Shown here piece by piece: positions 15,103 through 27,276 of a DNA stretch of 64,000 nucleotides. This DNA comes from Octopus vulgaris. Its lineage: Eukaryota. The position numbers were made by a program, and so were the translations under genes. The notes under the pieces were generated by a model. It worked only from the letters and a program-made list of their open reading frames with translations, made no database searches and was not told where the DNA came from. Location of the stretch: the NCBI GenBank assembly GCA_951406725.2, contig OX597818.1, forward strand, positions 9,114,001 through 9,178,000, read 5' to 3'. Each line of letters opens with the position of its first letter. Within the stretch, counting starts at the first letter, position 1.

Positions 15103-15143
15103 ACTAGCATTATAACCCGTCGTTGACGGGTCATAGTGCTAGT
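15103..15143. mobile_element. 41-bp palindrome resembling a Helentron/HINE terminal hairpin
   Basis: ACTAGCATTATAACCCGTC-GTT-GACGGGTCATAGTGCTAGT embedded in TA-rich repeats. Similar ACTAG..ACCCG..CGGGT starts occur at ~33443 and ~34464. Confidence 0.5.
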
Positions 15144-15279
15144 GCATGTATATATGTGTATATATATGTGTACATATTACATGTACATCTATATATATAC
15201 ATCTACACATAAAATACAATATACTAAGTTATATCTTGATATCGCTAGTGATAACAATACTCAAAATATATAACAGACG

Positions 15280-15945
15280 GAATTATAGGCCCGTCTCTTG
15301 CAATTTCGATCAATTGTATCTTGTCCTCCCTCTTGTATAGAAGTGTGGCTACAATCCAGCCTACCTCTACTTCTGGGGGGACATTTTAAATTTTTATCCG
15401 GGACGTCCTACGTCACAGATATAAAGGTAAAAATAAAATATTTCCACTTTGCAAGGTTCGAGTCGAGTAGTCCCTTGCACGCTCCGTTGACTCGAACCTT
15501 GTTTCTATTGTGGCGAATTTACTGCCTCTGGTTAGATACTTGATATCTTTCATAGTCGCACCAAGACACTTTTCGATGGGGCTTTCCTCCAGGTGTTCAA
15601 ATCTTTTTTTCTCTACATTGTATACTTTATAGACAATAGTCTTTTCTTTAATTTAATATTTTATTCCGTTTGGTGGTGTTATCCTAGATTCACCGTCTTT
15701 GTTGGTGATCAATCCGAAATAGGTTTGTATTTCTTCCATTTTAATTTTAATGAGTTCGCACCCGCCGACGGCTGCAGCGAAATTCATTGTTTGACTTCCT
15801 TCTATCGAAGGCATTTTAACAAAAATGCTTCCGTATAAACGGTGAAAATATTGTCTATTTCTCCAGACAGGGACACAATTCAATTTTTAAACAATAAGCA
15901 AAGCTCCTTCACCCAAAGGGGGAGGGCTACGGTTTACAATTACAG
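15280..15945 (-). mobile_element. L1/Tx1-like LINE 5' fragment (5' UTR plus N-terminal ORF1), decayed
   Basis: Minus-strand translation MPSIEGS...KTIVYKVYN...KYLTRGSKFATIETRFESTERAR...FLPLYL.RRTSRIKI.NVP...WIVATLLY is collinear with the ORF1-like fragment at 52804-53577. Confidence 0.55.
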
Positions 15946-15949
15946 GTAT

Positions 15950-16103
15950 AATATATCACACTTCTTGTGTCTGAATTCTAATATTAGCACGAAAGCGGTG
16001 GACCGTGTTCACGAAAGTACTCACGTGTACATCATCTTTGCCGTATGGCTTCAAATCATCCATGAAGAGGAGATAGTTGATTGTTTGAGATTTTCCTTCT
16101 AGC
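15950..16103 (-). mobile_element. R4/Dong RT fragment
   Basis: Minus strand reads INYLLFMDDLKPYGKD (RT catalytic motif). Confidence 0.75.
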
Positions 16104-16123
16104 TTATATCACGGCTTATTATT

Positions 16124-16323
16124 AGCAGAATCGTTATCACGCTCGACGAAATGATTAGCAGTATTGCGCCCGTCGCGACGTCCTGAGTTCAAATTCTGCC
16201 AAAGTCGACTTTGCCTTTCATCTTCTCGGGGTCAATAAATTAAGTACCAGTGAAACACTGTGGTCAATCTAATCGACTCATCCCCTCAGCCATAATGGTT
16301 GCCCTTGTGGCAAAATTTGAAAC
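16124..16323 (+). mobile_element. tRNA-derived SINE S1 followed by (TAT)n (16324-16431)
   Basis: AGCAGAATCGTTA...CTGAGTTCAAATTCTGCC..GTCGACTTTGCCTTTCATC..GGGGTCAATAAATTAAGTACCAG...AAATTTGAAAC. Confidence 0.85.
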
Positions 16324-17300
<977 letters not shown>

Positions 17301-17303
<3 letters not shown>

Positions 17304-17864
17304 TATGTTTGACTTTTGCTTTATATTTGTACAAGTTGGCTCCAAGTCTCACCCAGAGACCTCAAGAGACAACAGGTTGGAAGTTCATGGTGTTGTTATG
17401 CCTAGTGTGCCATATATTTGGGGGGGAGTTTCCTTTTAAAACCGGAAATTATGTTTGTTTTAAACCTTGGGATTACATAGAAAGTATTTTGCGTAGGATA
17501 TGAGCAGTTCCCATGAGCACTCTCTTTTGAATTTCTGCCATTTTGGGGTTTCCTGGTATCTGAGTTAGGTAGCTATCAGCCCCTTTTGCTATCATTCCCA
17601 GGGCACCTATGACAACAGGTATTGTTTAGTCTTCAGGTTCCACATTTTGCTGATTTCTATTTCAAGATTTTATATTTGCTCAGTTTTTGGTAGGTCTTGA
17701 TAGATACGTTAATATCGATTGGGACAGTCATATCAATGAGGAGGCATGTTCTTTGTTTGAAGTCTTTCAATGTGATGTCTGGCCTACTTGCATCTATCTT
17801 TCTATCAGTTTGAATGGTGAAGTTCCAGAGGAGTGAGATGTGGTCATTTTCAAGAACTAGGGGT

Positions 17865-17866
<2 letters not shown>
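17301..17866 (-). mobile_element. R4/Dong-type LINE, family G 3' fragment
   Basis: Minus strand reads LENDHISLLWNFTIQTDRKIDASRPDI..KD, then KY..L and PVVIGALGMI. (TAA)n on both sides. Confidence 0.85.
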
Positions 17867-18371
<505 letters not shown>

Positions 18372-18375
<4 letters not shown>

Positions 18376-19540
18376 TAGTTTTATTTTTATAGCGTGCTTT
18401 CACTTCACTACCGAGCGCAGCTCTGTGTGCCTTAGGTATGTGCTGTGATTTGTTGTGATGCTCTGATGGTTATTGTATGGAAAGTGTTCTGCGTAGGATG
18501 TGTGCAGTGCCTAGTAGTGCAATTTTCTGTATGTTATATGTGTTTGTAAGACTGGTGTTTTTGTTATGTGTTTGTTTGAATATTTTTTTTATCATGCCTA
18601 ATGCACCTACTATGATAGGATTGTTTCTGTTTTCAGATTCCACATTCTAGATACCTTTATTTCCAGGTCTTTGTATTTTGAGAGATTCTCCATTTCTTTT
18701 AGAGACACGTTGTCATCTGCCGGTATTGATACATCAATTAGAAAGCATTTTTTTTCTTCATGATCTCTGACAACTATATCTGGTCTGTTGGCCTTAATTT
18801 CTCTATCTGTGTTTATCGGCATATCCTAGAGTGTGGTTGCTTTCTCGTTTTCTGTGACCTTTTCTGGTGTGTGCCTATACCATCTTTTTTCTGTTGTTAT
18901 TCCATAATGTTGGCATAGCTTCCAATGTATGTAGGTTCCAACTCTGTCATGTCTGTGAATATATTCCTTCTTAGCCAGGACTGGGCAGCTAGAGATAATA
19001 TGATTTATTGTTTCTTGTCCATCTCCACATATTCTGCAGTTACTTGTAATATTTCTTTTCACTACATGTTTTTGGTAATTTCTGGTGGGGAGGCTTTGGT
19101 CTTGTGCTGCAATTAAAAATCCCTCTGTTTCTGCTTTGAGTCCTGAGCTTCTCAACGATTGCTGGGATTTTTCTTTGTCTATTTCTTTTGCGTTTATTTT
19201 AGTCCAGTATTTACCATGAAGGGGATTTTCTTGCCATCGTTTTATCATGGTTCGTTGCTGTTCTATTTTTAGTTTGGATTTCATTTGTTTTATAGCTTTT
19301 GTCGTTTATTCATCTTCTTCTTCTTCATGTTTATTAGGTGGTATGATTTCTTGTTTGTATTTGTCAGCTTCCTTAAATACTGAGAACAGTTTTTTGTTTT
19401 GCTCGTGTTTTGCCGCTATCTGAATCAGTTTTCCTTCCTTCTGAATTAGATATTTTTGCAGTCCTATGGTGGTTATTTTATAGTAGTTTTCCAGCTGTAT
19501 AAGTCCTCTACCACCTTCTATACGTTTTCCTCTTTTCATG

Positions 19541-19542
<2 letters not shown>
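18372..19542 (-). mobile_element. R4/Dong-type LINE, family A, 5'-truncated
   Basis: ORFs 18826-19284 and 18610-18822 contain CRICGDGQETINHIISSC (CCHC), RHD and RPDIVV..LID..KYKDLE. Very similar to ~56810-57968. Confidence 0.95.
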
Positions 19543-19610
<68 letters not shown>

Positions 19611-19639
19611 CATTATTATTATTATTATTATTATTATCA

Positions 19640-21592
19640 TTTACGTTTAATCTGCATGTTTGATGCAATTACTTGCCGGGGCACACCCAGCGCCCTAGGG
19701 CAAGTGAAGGTGAAGAGTTGTTGAAATATAGCTGAAAGCTTGGGGAGGGGAAGTAGAGAAATATCTCCATGTAAGACAAACACAAACATTTACATTGATA
19801 GGGTTTTTTTAAGGATGTGGGCAGTACTTGTTAGCACAATCTTTTGGATTTCCTTGAGACATAGTTCTCCAGGGTTATTGTCTAGGTGTTTCTGACATCC
19901 CTTTTTTATCATACCTAGGGCACCTACAATAACAGGAACAGTTTTTGTTTTAAGATTCCACATCTTTTGTATTTCGATTTCCAGGTCCTTATATTTACTA
20001 AGTTTGTCAAATTCCTTTACAGATATATTTTTATCAGTGGGGACGCTTACTTCTATTAGTCTGCAGGTATTTTCTTCCCTGTCTTTAACAATTATGTCTG
20101 GTCGATTAGCCTTGATCATTCTGTCAGTGTTGACTGGAAAATCCCAGAGGATGGTGACATCCTTACCTTCAACAACTGGTTGAGGATGGTGTTCATACCA
20201 GTTAGCAGGAGTGTCGAATTTGTAGTATTTACATATCTTCCAATGTATATACTGTCCTACCCTATCGTGGCGATTTTTGTATTCGTTTGGTGTCAGCACA
20301 GGACATCCCGAAACGAGATGGTCTATCGTTTCGTCAAATGTGTCGCAGAATCTGCATTTAGGGTCAGTACCGTTTCGGAGAACGTTAGCCTGGTAATTTC
20401 TGGTAAACAAGCTTTGATCTTGTGCTGCCAGTATGAAGCCTTCAGTCTCTGCTTCAATCCAGAGCTCTTCAGCCACTGATGGATTGTTGCTTGGTCTACA
20501 TCAGCATTTTGGCTTCGGAGAATATATTGTCCATGCAGGGGCTTCTGGCTCCACCGCCTCTCAATTTGATTCTGCCCGTTCTTTTTTGCAGTCTGCTTGA
20601 TTCGCATTGCTTGCTTGGTAGCAGTGGTTTCCGGCTCTTCATCTGATTCAAGGTTAATATCTAGTTCCCTTTCGAACTTATAGGCTTCCTTGACAATAGA
20701 ATGCAGCTTTTTGCTGCTTTCGTGTTCGCACACAAGTCGCAGCATCCAGTCCTTTGTACTAGATAGGTACCTGTTCATTCCTACAGTAGAGGTCTTATAG
20801 CACAGCTCTAATTGCATCATTCCTCTCCCCCCGCTGCTTCTAGGTAGGTACAGGCGGTCTACATCTGCCTTAGGGTGGTGCATGCTCTTGGATGTCAGTA
20901 ATTTTCTTATCTTCCTGTCCAAGCGTTGGAGTTCCGTAAGGTTCCAGTTAATGATGTTAAAACTGTACTGGACTACTGGAAGCGCCAGGGTGTTAATGGC
21001 CTCAATGCAATTTTTGTAGTTGAGTTCAGTCTTCAGTACAAGACTTATTCTCCTATAGTATTCCTTTCTTATTTTTTCCTTCATAGTAGCATGATGTATA
21101 CCATCTCCTTCGTTGATTCCTAGGTATTTGTAACTTTCTTGTGGGTCAAGTTCCTTGATGGTAGTGTCAATATCTAATTTAACAGAAGCTGTTTGCCTGA
21201 GCTTGCCTCTTACAAAAGTTGCTTTAGCACACTTATCAAGGCCAAAATACATTCCGTATCATTGCTAAACTCTTTAACAGTTGTTAGCAGCCCTTCTAGC
21301 TCTTGGTCATTCCTGGCAAACAGCTTTAGGTCGTCCATATAGAAAAGGTGGTTTATTAACTTACTAAAAACTTTGTACCCATATCTGGTACTATCCAATT
21401 CGTTTGAGAGTGGGATCAGTGCCATGCAAAAAAGTAATGGAGAGAGGGAGTCACCTTGAAAGATGCCTCGTTTGACGTTGATGCTGTTGGACTGGCTCAT
21501 CCCAGTTACTATGGCTTAGAAAGAGACGTGTGTTCCACATGGTCATGCTATTCTCTAAGAATTTTGAGACGACAGGAGAGATCTTGTATGAC
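19640..21592 (-). mobile_element. R4/Dong-type LINE, family C, 5'-truncated, well preserved
   Basis: ORFs 21210-21500 (GIFQGDSLSP, YMDD), 20323-21252 (YKYLG, MHHPKAD) and 19790-20476 (CRFC..H..C, RHD, RPDI), joined by frameshifts. (TAA)n on both sides. Confidence 0.95.
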
Positions 21593-21926
<334 letters not shown>

Positions 21927-24123
21927 TTAGTAGTTTTATTTTTATAACGTGCTTTTACTCGTACTTCACTACTGAGCGCAGCTCTGTGCCTTGGCTATGT
22001 GCTGTGATTTGTTGTTATGCTCTCATGGTTACTGTATCGAAAGTGTTCTGCGTAGGATGTGTGCAGTGCCTGTAGTAGTGCAATTTTCTGTATGTTATAT
22101 GTGTTTGTAAGTTCTGGTGTTTTTGCTATATATTTGTCGGAATATTTTTTTCTCATGCCTAATGCACCTACTATGATAGGAATTGTTTCTGTTTTAGATT
22201 CCACAATCTAGTTACCTCTATTTCCAAGTCCTTGTATTTTGAAAGTTTCTCCATTTCTTTTAGAATCACGTTGTCATCTGCCGGTATTGATATATCAATT
22301 AGAAAGCATTTTTTTCTTCAAGATCTCTGAAAACTATATCTGGTCTGTTGGCCTTAATTCTCTATCTGTATGTATTGACATATCCCAGAGTATGGTTGCT
22401 ATCTCGTTTTCTGTGGCCTTTTCTGGTGTGTGCCTATACCATCTTTTTTCTGTTGTTATTCCATAATGTTGGCATAGCTTCCAGTGTATGTAGGTCCCAA
22501 CTCTGTCATGTCTGTGAATATATTCCTTCTTAGCCTGGACTGGGCAGCCAGAGATAATATGATTTATTGTTTCTTGTCCATCTCCACATATTCTGCAGTT
22601 ACTTGTTATATTTCTTTTCAATACATGTTTTTGGTAATTTCTGGTGGGGAGGCTTTGGTCTTGTGCTGCAATTAAAAATCCCTCTGTCTCTGCCTAGAGT
22701 CCTGAGCTTCTCAGCCATTGATGGTCTATTTCTTTTGCATTTAGATTAGTCCAGTTTTTGCCATGAAGGGGCTTTTCTTGCCATCGTTTTATCATGGTCC
22801 ATTGATGTTCTAAGTTTAGTATTGATTTCACTTGCTTTATAGATTTTGTTCTGTTTTCTTCTTCAAATTTGTTAGGTGGTATGATTTCTTGTTTGTATAT
22901 GTCAGCTTCCTTAAATACTGAGGACAATTCTTTTGTTTTGCTCGTGTTTTGCCGCTATTTGTATCAGTTTTCCTTGCTTCTGAAGTAGTTATTTTTGCAG
23001 TCCTATGGTGATTATTTTACAGTAGTTTTCCAGCTTTATAAGGCCTCTACCACCTTCTATACGTTGTATATATAGCCTTTCTATGTCAGATTTTGGGTGA
23101 TGCATCCTAGATCCTGTCATTATTTTTCTTGTTTTTCTATCTATTTTGGTTAGTTCATTTAGCGTCCAGTTAAGGATATTGTAGCTGTAACTTATAACTG
23201 GAACGGCTAAAGTGTTAATACCTATTATCTTGTTTTTAGCATTGAGCTCTCTTTTTAGTATTGATCTAACTCGTCTATAGTATTCTTTCTTTATTTTCTC
23301 TTTTATTTGTGTGTGTTGTGTCTTATCTAGTTCATGGACTCCTAAATATTTGTAAGTTTAGCTTTGGATTATTCTCTTATTTCATTGGCTTTATCTAGTG
23401 TGATGTTGTTACGCTTTTCAGGGTTACTTTGGCGCATTTTTCTAATCCAAATCTTTGGTGAATCCATGAATTGTCTTTAGTAGTGTTTCCAGCTGTTTGT
23501 CATTTGCAGCGTACAGTTTTAGGTCATCCATTTATAAAAAGGTGGCTGATCGTTTTGCAGTAACATTTATATCCGCATCCAGTTCTATTTAGCATATCAG
23601 ATAGAGGTGACAGTGCCAAGCAGAAATGGAGTGGAGAGAGCGTATCTCCCTGGAATATTCCTCTTCTAATGGGGATGGCTTCGGTTTTCACGAGTCCCTC
23701 TTTTGTTTGGAGCTGTAGCACTGTCTGCCATTTATTCAGAGTGTCCTATGTATTTTATAATTGTTGGTGCTACTTTGTTAATGTCTAGTGTTTCGAGGAT
23801 CCATGTGTGGAGGATACTATCAAATGCCTTTCTGTAGTCGATCTAGGCCATACTGAGGCCTTTTTTCTTTCTGTGGCTGTCTTCAGTTATAGCTTTACTG
23901 ATCATTAGTTGAGCTTTACAACCACATGAGCCTTTGCGGCACCTTTTCTGCTCTTCTGGAAACAGGTTGTTTTCGTCCAGGTGCTTGTTCAATCTTTGTG
24001 ATATTACTGCAGTGAATGCTTTGTACATTGTAGGGAGACAGGTTATAGGCCTGTATTTTTCTGGTTTTGCTGTCTCATTTGATTTGGGAATTAAGAAGGT
24101 GTTCCCCTTCGTGAGCCATTCAG
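21927..24123 (-). mobile_element. R4/Dong-type LINE, family A, 5'-truncated within RT, decayed
   Basis: Collinear with ~55720-57968. ORF fragments 23843-24028, 23524-23721, 22334-22621 and 21995-22204. Confidence 0.95.
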
Positions 24124-24331
24124 GGCGTTGAGCTGGCAGAATTGTTTGGACACCGGGCGAAATGCTTAGTATTATTTCGCCTGCCGCTACGTTCTGAGTT
24201 CAAATTCCACCGAGGTCCACTTTGCCTTTGATCCTTTCGGAGTCGATTAAAGTAAGTATCAATGAAACACTAGGGTGGATATAATCGACTTAATCCCCTC
24301 CTCCTACAAAATGCCCTTGCGGGAATGGATT
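24124..24331 (+). mobile_element. tRNA-derived SINE S1 followed by (ATT)n (to ~24470)
   Basis: GGCGTTGAGCTGGCAGAATTG...CTACGTTCTGAGTTCAAATTCCACCGAGGTCCACTTTGCCTTT. Confidence 0.9.
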
Positions 24332-24343
24332 AAATTATTATTA

Positions 24344-24453
<110 letters not shown>

Positions 24454-24479
24454 TATATTACTATTATTTAATGTACATT

Positions 24480-24600
24480 TCCACGTTGAGGTCCACTGTG
24501 TGACGTCTTAAGTAAGTTTCCTTTGTAATACCTCTGAGCCGATCAAGACTTATGAATGAATTTTGTAAATGGAAACTGTAAGAAACCCGTTTTGTGTGTT
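24480..24600 (+). mobile_element. Second SINE type (S2, CORE-like), decayed 3' part
   Basis: CCACTGTGTGACGTCTTAAGTAAGT...GCCGATCAAGACTTATGAATG...GGAAACTG. Related to 33582-33705. Confidence 0.45.
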
Positions 24601-25296
24601 TATATCTATATACTGTTCCGAACATAGTAGCGTACAGTATAAATCTCGTCCACCTTCAGATTTCACCCTGCGCTATCCAATAGTAGTATTATACGTACTT
24701 CCAAGGCTTGCGTTTTGCCATCCGTCCGGTGTGATTAAATAATTGAAATAGAGTCAACAAAGTGTACGGATGGACATTTATTTTTCAGCCACTACAATTG
24801 TTTCTACACTACGTAGTTCTCCATGTGTGCATGTACTTGATTACGCAGCCGTATACCTGCATTTTGAGTTCTAACTTCAAGTTCATCCTCTCTGATTTCG
24901 TGTCCTGAATTTAATAGTACCCACTGAGTTTATCTGGTCTGTTGTACCCGAATGGCCGTTGGCAAACTGCTTTGAAGATATAGATGTAGTGGGATGGTGA
25001 ATCTCCCACTGATATATTGGTTGGTGTTTTAAAGAGACAGGCATTTGATTTATTTGTACAGTTGCTATTTTCTTCATGGCTGGTTACACATGCCATTGTC
25101 CTTAGCTGACCCTTAAAAGTCGGCCTCTATACTTGGTCGTTCACATAAACATCCATATGCATACTAGCGCCGGACAGGCACACATACCTATATATTTACG
25201 AATACAGCCACGCACACATGGATTGCGGGAAGCGGGGAGGGAGAGAATTCATTGTGTTCTATCGCGAAAACGGAAATTTGTTACAATTTTTTTTCG

Positions 25297-25352
<56 letters not shown>

Positions 25353-25356
<4 letters not shown>

Positions 25357-25995
25357 GTCATCCCGTAAGTTCTGTCCAATTCTACCTTTTTTAAAACTGA
25401 ATGAAATTTTATAGTATTTTAGTATGTATAATGGAATTAAAATTATTTTTATGCATTTATGTACTTGTAAACTAATTAAATATTATTTTACAGAATAATA
25501 GAATTAAAATTTCTTTGATTAAAACCCTTTCAAACATGGAAGTATCGAAAGAGCAGTTGAGGTACATAATTCTTTATAAGTACAAAGAAGGAAACTCTGC
25601 AGCCGAAGCGACTCGAAACATACATTCAGTTTATGGGAAAGAATGCTTGAATGAAAGAACTTGCAGAAGATGGTTTGCAAAATTCAGAAGTAGAGATTTC
25701 AGCCTTAAAGATGAAGATCGAACAGGACGTCCAGTTGAGTTTGAGGATAAGCCCCTTGAGGTAATACTTGAAGAAAACCCAGCATTATCAGTTGACGAAT
25801 TGGGAATAAAGCTTAGTTCAAACCATACAACTTTTCATCGTCATCTTCAACAACTTGGAAAAATTCCTAAACTTGGAAAATGGGTGCCTCATGAATGGTC
25901 CAAAAGCAACCGCAAATCCCATGTTGACTTTTCTCTCTATTCTCGCGAACTCATTTCACCCTTTTTGGATAGACTTGTGACTGGTGACAAAAAAT
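25353..25995 (+). mobile_element. Mariner (Tc1/mariner) element, 5' half, inserted in (TA)n
   Basis: TA|TCAGGTCATCCC terminus. The ORF from ATG 25536 has a mariner HTH (RRWFAKFRS.DFSLKDEDRTGRP), WVPHE and VTGD, and is truncated before the rest of the DD34D domain. Confidence 0.9.
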
Positions 25996-26133
25996 GCACG
26001 AATTTTGTCAGTGAACAGGTCGCGGTCTCAAAGCGACGAAAATATTTTGCCAAATTAAATTTAAATGTTGAAGTGAATCTAACGGTTTTTGTGTGTTTCT
26101 TAAATGGCTTATAAACACCTTCCACGCTGCAAC

Positions 26134-26226
<93 letters not shown>

Positions 26227-26234
26227 CATAATTA

Positions 26235-26499
26235 ATAAATAATTATAACAGAGGTTACACGAAGTACCAGATTGCTAGAACAATGTAGAATTAGGTAATT
26301 ATATATACCTGTATCATGATTTCGAATTATGGATTATCCCTTAATTCCCCTGGGCAGGTCTTACCAAATAACCGGTGTGAAAAAGGTACCCGTCTCGCTG
26401 TGTCGTCAAGTGTTGAACAGGCTCGCGCCAAATTCAAATCGATTTCAGTGCATAATTTACGATAAGTGAGTAAATATTCAAATGAACTTTCATATAGAT

Positions 26500-26505
<6 letters not shown>
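26235..26505 (-). mobile_element. Penelope-like pseudo-LTR fragment (copy 1)
   Basis: Inverted, diverged homolog of 26760-27238. Carries a decayed hammerhead fold. Confidence 0.6.
26307..26359 (-). ncRNA. Decayed type I minimal hammerhead ribozyme motif
   Basis: Minus strand ACCTG-cccaggg-GAATT..AATTC-GAAA-TCATGA-TA-CAGGT. Stems I and II and the palindromic stem III are intact, but the CUGANGA box is destroyed. Confidence 0.5.
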
Positions 26506-26700
<195 letters not shown>

Positions 26701-26759
26701 TTATATTAGTGGTAGCAATAATATTAGTGGCTAATCAATAACATTTCATAATATAAATA

Positions 26760-27234
26760 ATTATCGTAATTTATGCATTGAAATTGATTTCAATTTGGCG
26801 TGAGCCTGCTGAACACTTAACGGACAGAGCCAGATGTGTATCTTTTTGACATTGGGTATAAAGTAAGACCTGCTGATAAGAATTGAGGAATAATCCAGAA
26901 TTCGAAACCATGATACAGGTATATCTAAGTACCTAATTCTGAAGCTTTCAGCTGGGTTCGTGTGTTAAATTTTTCTTTCCTCGTTTGCCCGATTTCTGCT
27001 GGGCTTTTATGACTTTTTAGTGAGTTTGGTGTCTTATTTGAGGATTTTAACTCTTATTTCTAGCAAACTGGTATTTCGTGTACCTCTAGTCTAATTATTT
27101 AGTAAATATAAAATTTTATTAATTGGCCATTTAACGGTATTATTGTTATTTTTATTGTTTATTATTAATATATTTACTGCTAATGATAATAATGATAAAA
27201 ATGATATCTATATGAATGTTCATTTAAATATTTA

Positions 27235-27238
<4 letters not shown>
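26760..27238 (+). mobile_element. Penelope-like pseudo-LTR fragment (copy 2)
   Basis: Blocks 26761-26940, 27057-27096 and 27200-27238 are reverse complements of blocks in 26241-26505, in permuted order. Contains a hammerhead motif. Confidence 0.6.
26868..26920 (+). ncRNA. Type I minimal hammerhead ribozyme motif (near-consensus)
   Basis: ACCTG-CTGATAA-GAATT(gaggaataatccag)AATTC-GAAA-CCATGA-TA-CAGGT. Stem I is ACCTG/CAGGT, stem II is GAATT/AATTC, and the core CUGAUAA is one change from CUGANGA. GAAA, a CATG loop and a UA cleavage site follow. Confidence 0.7.

Positions 27239-27276
<38 letters not shown>

Noticed and set aside
24883-25130. Short minus-strand ORFs that might be a LINE 5' end
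   Set aside because: No convincing motif and no second copy in the window.
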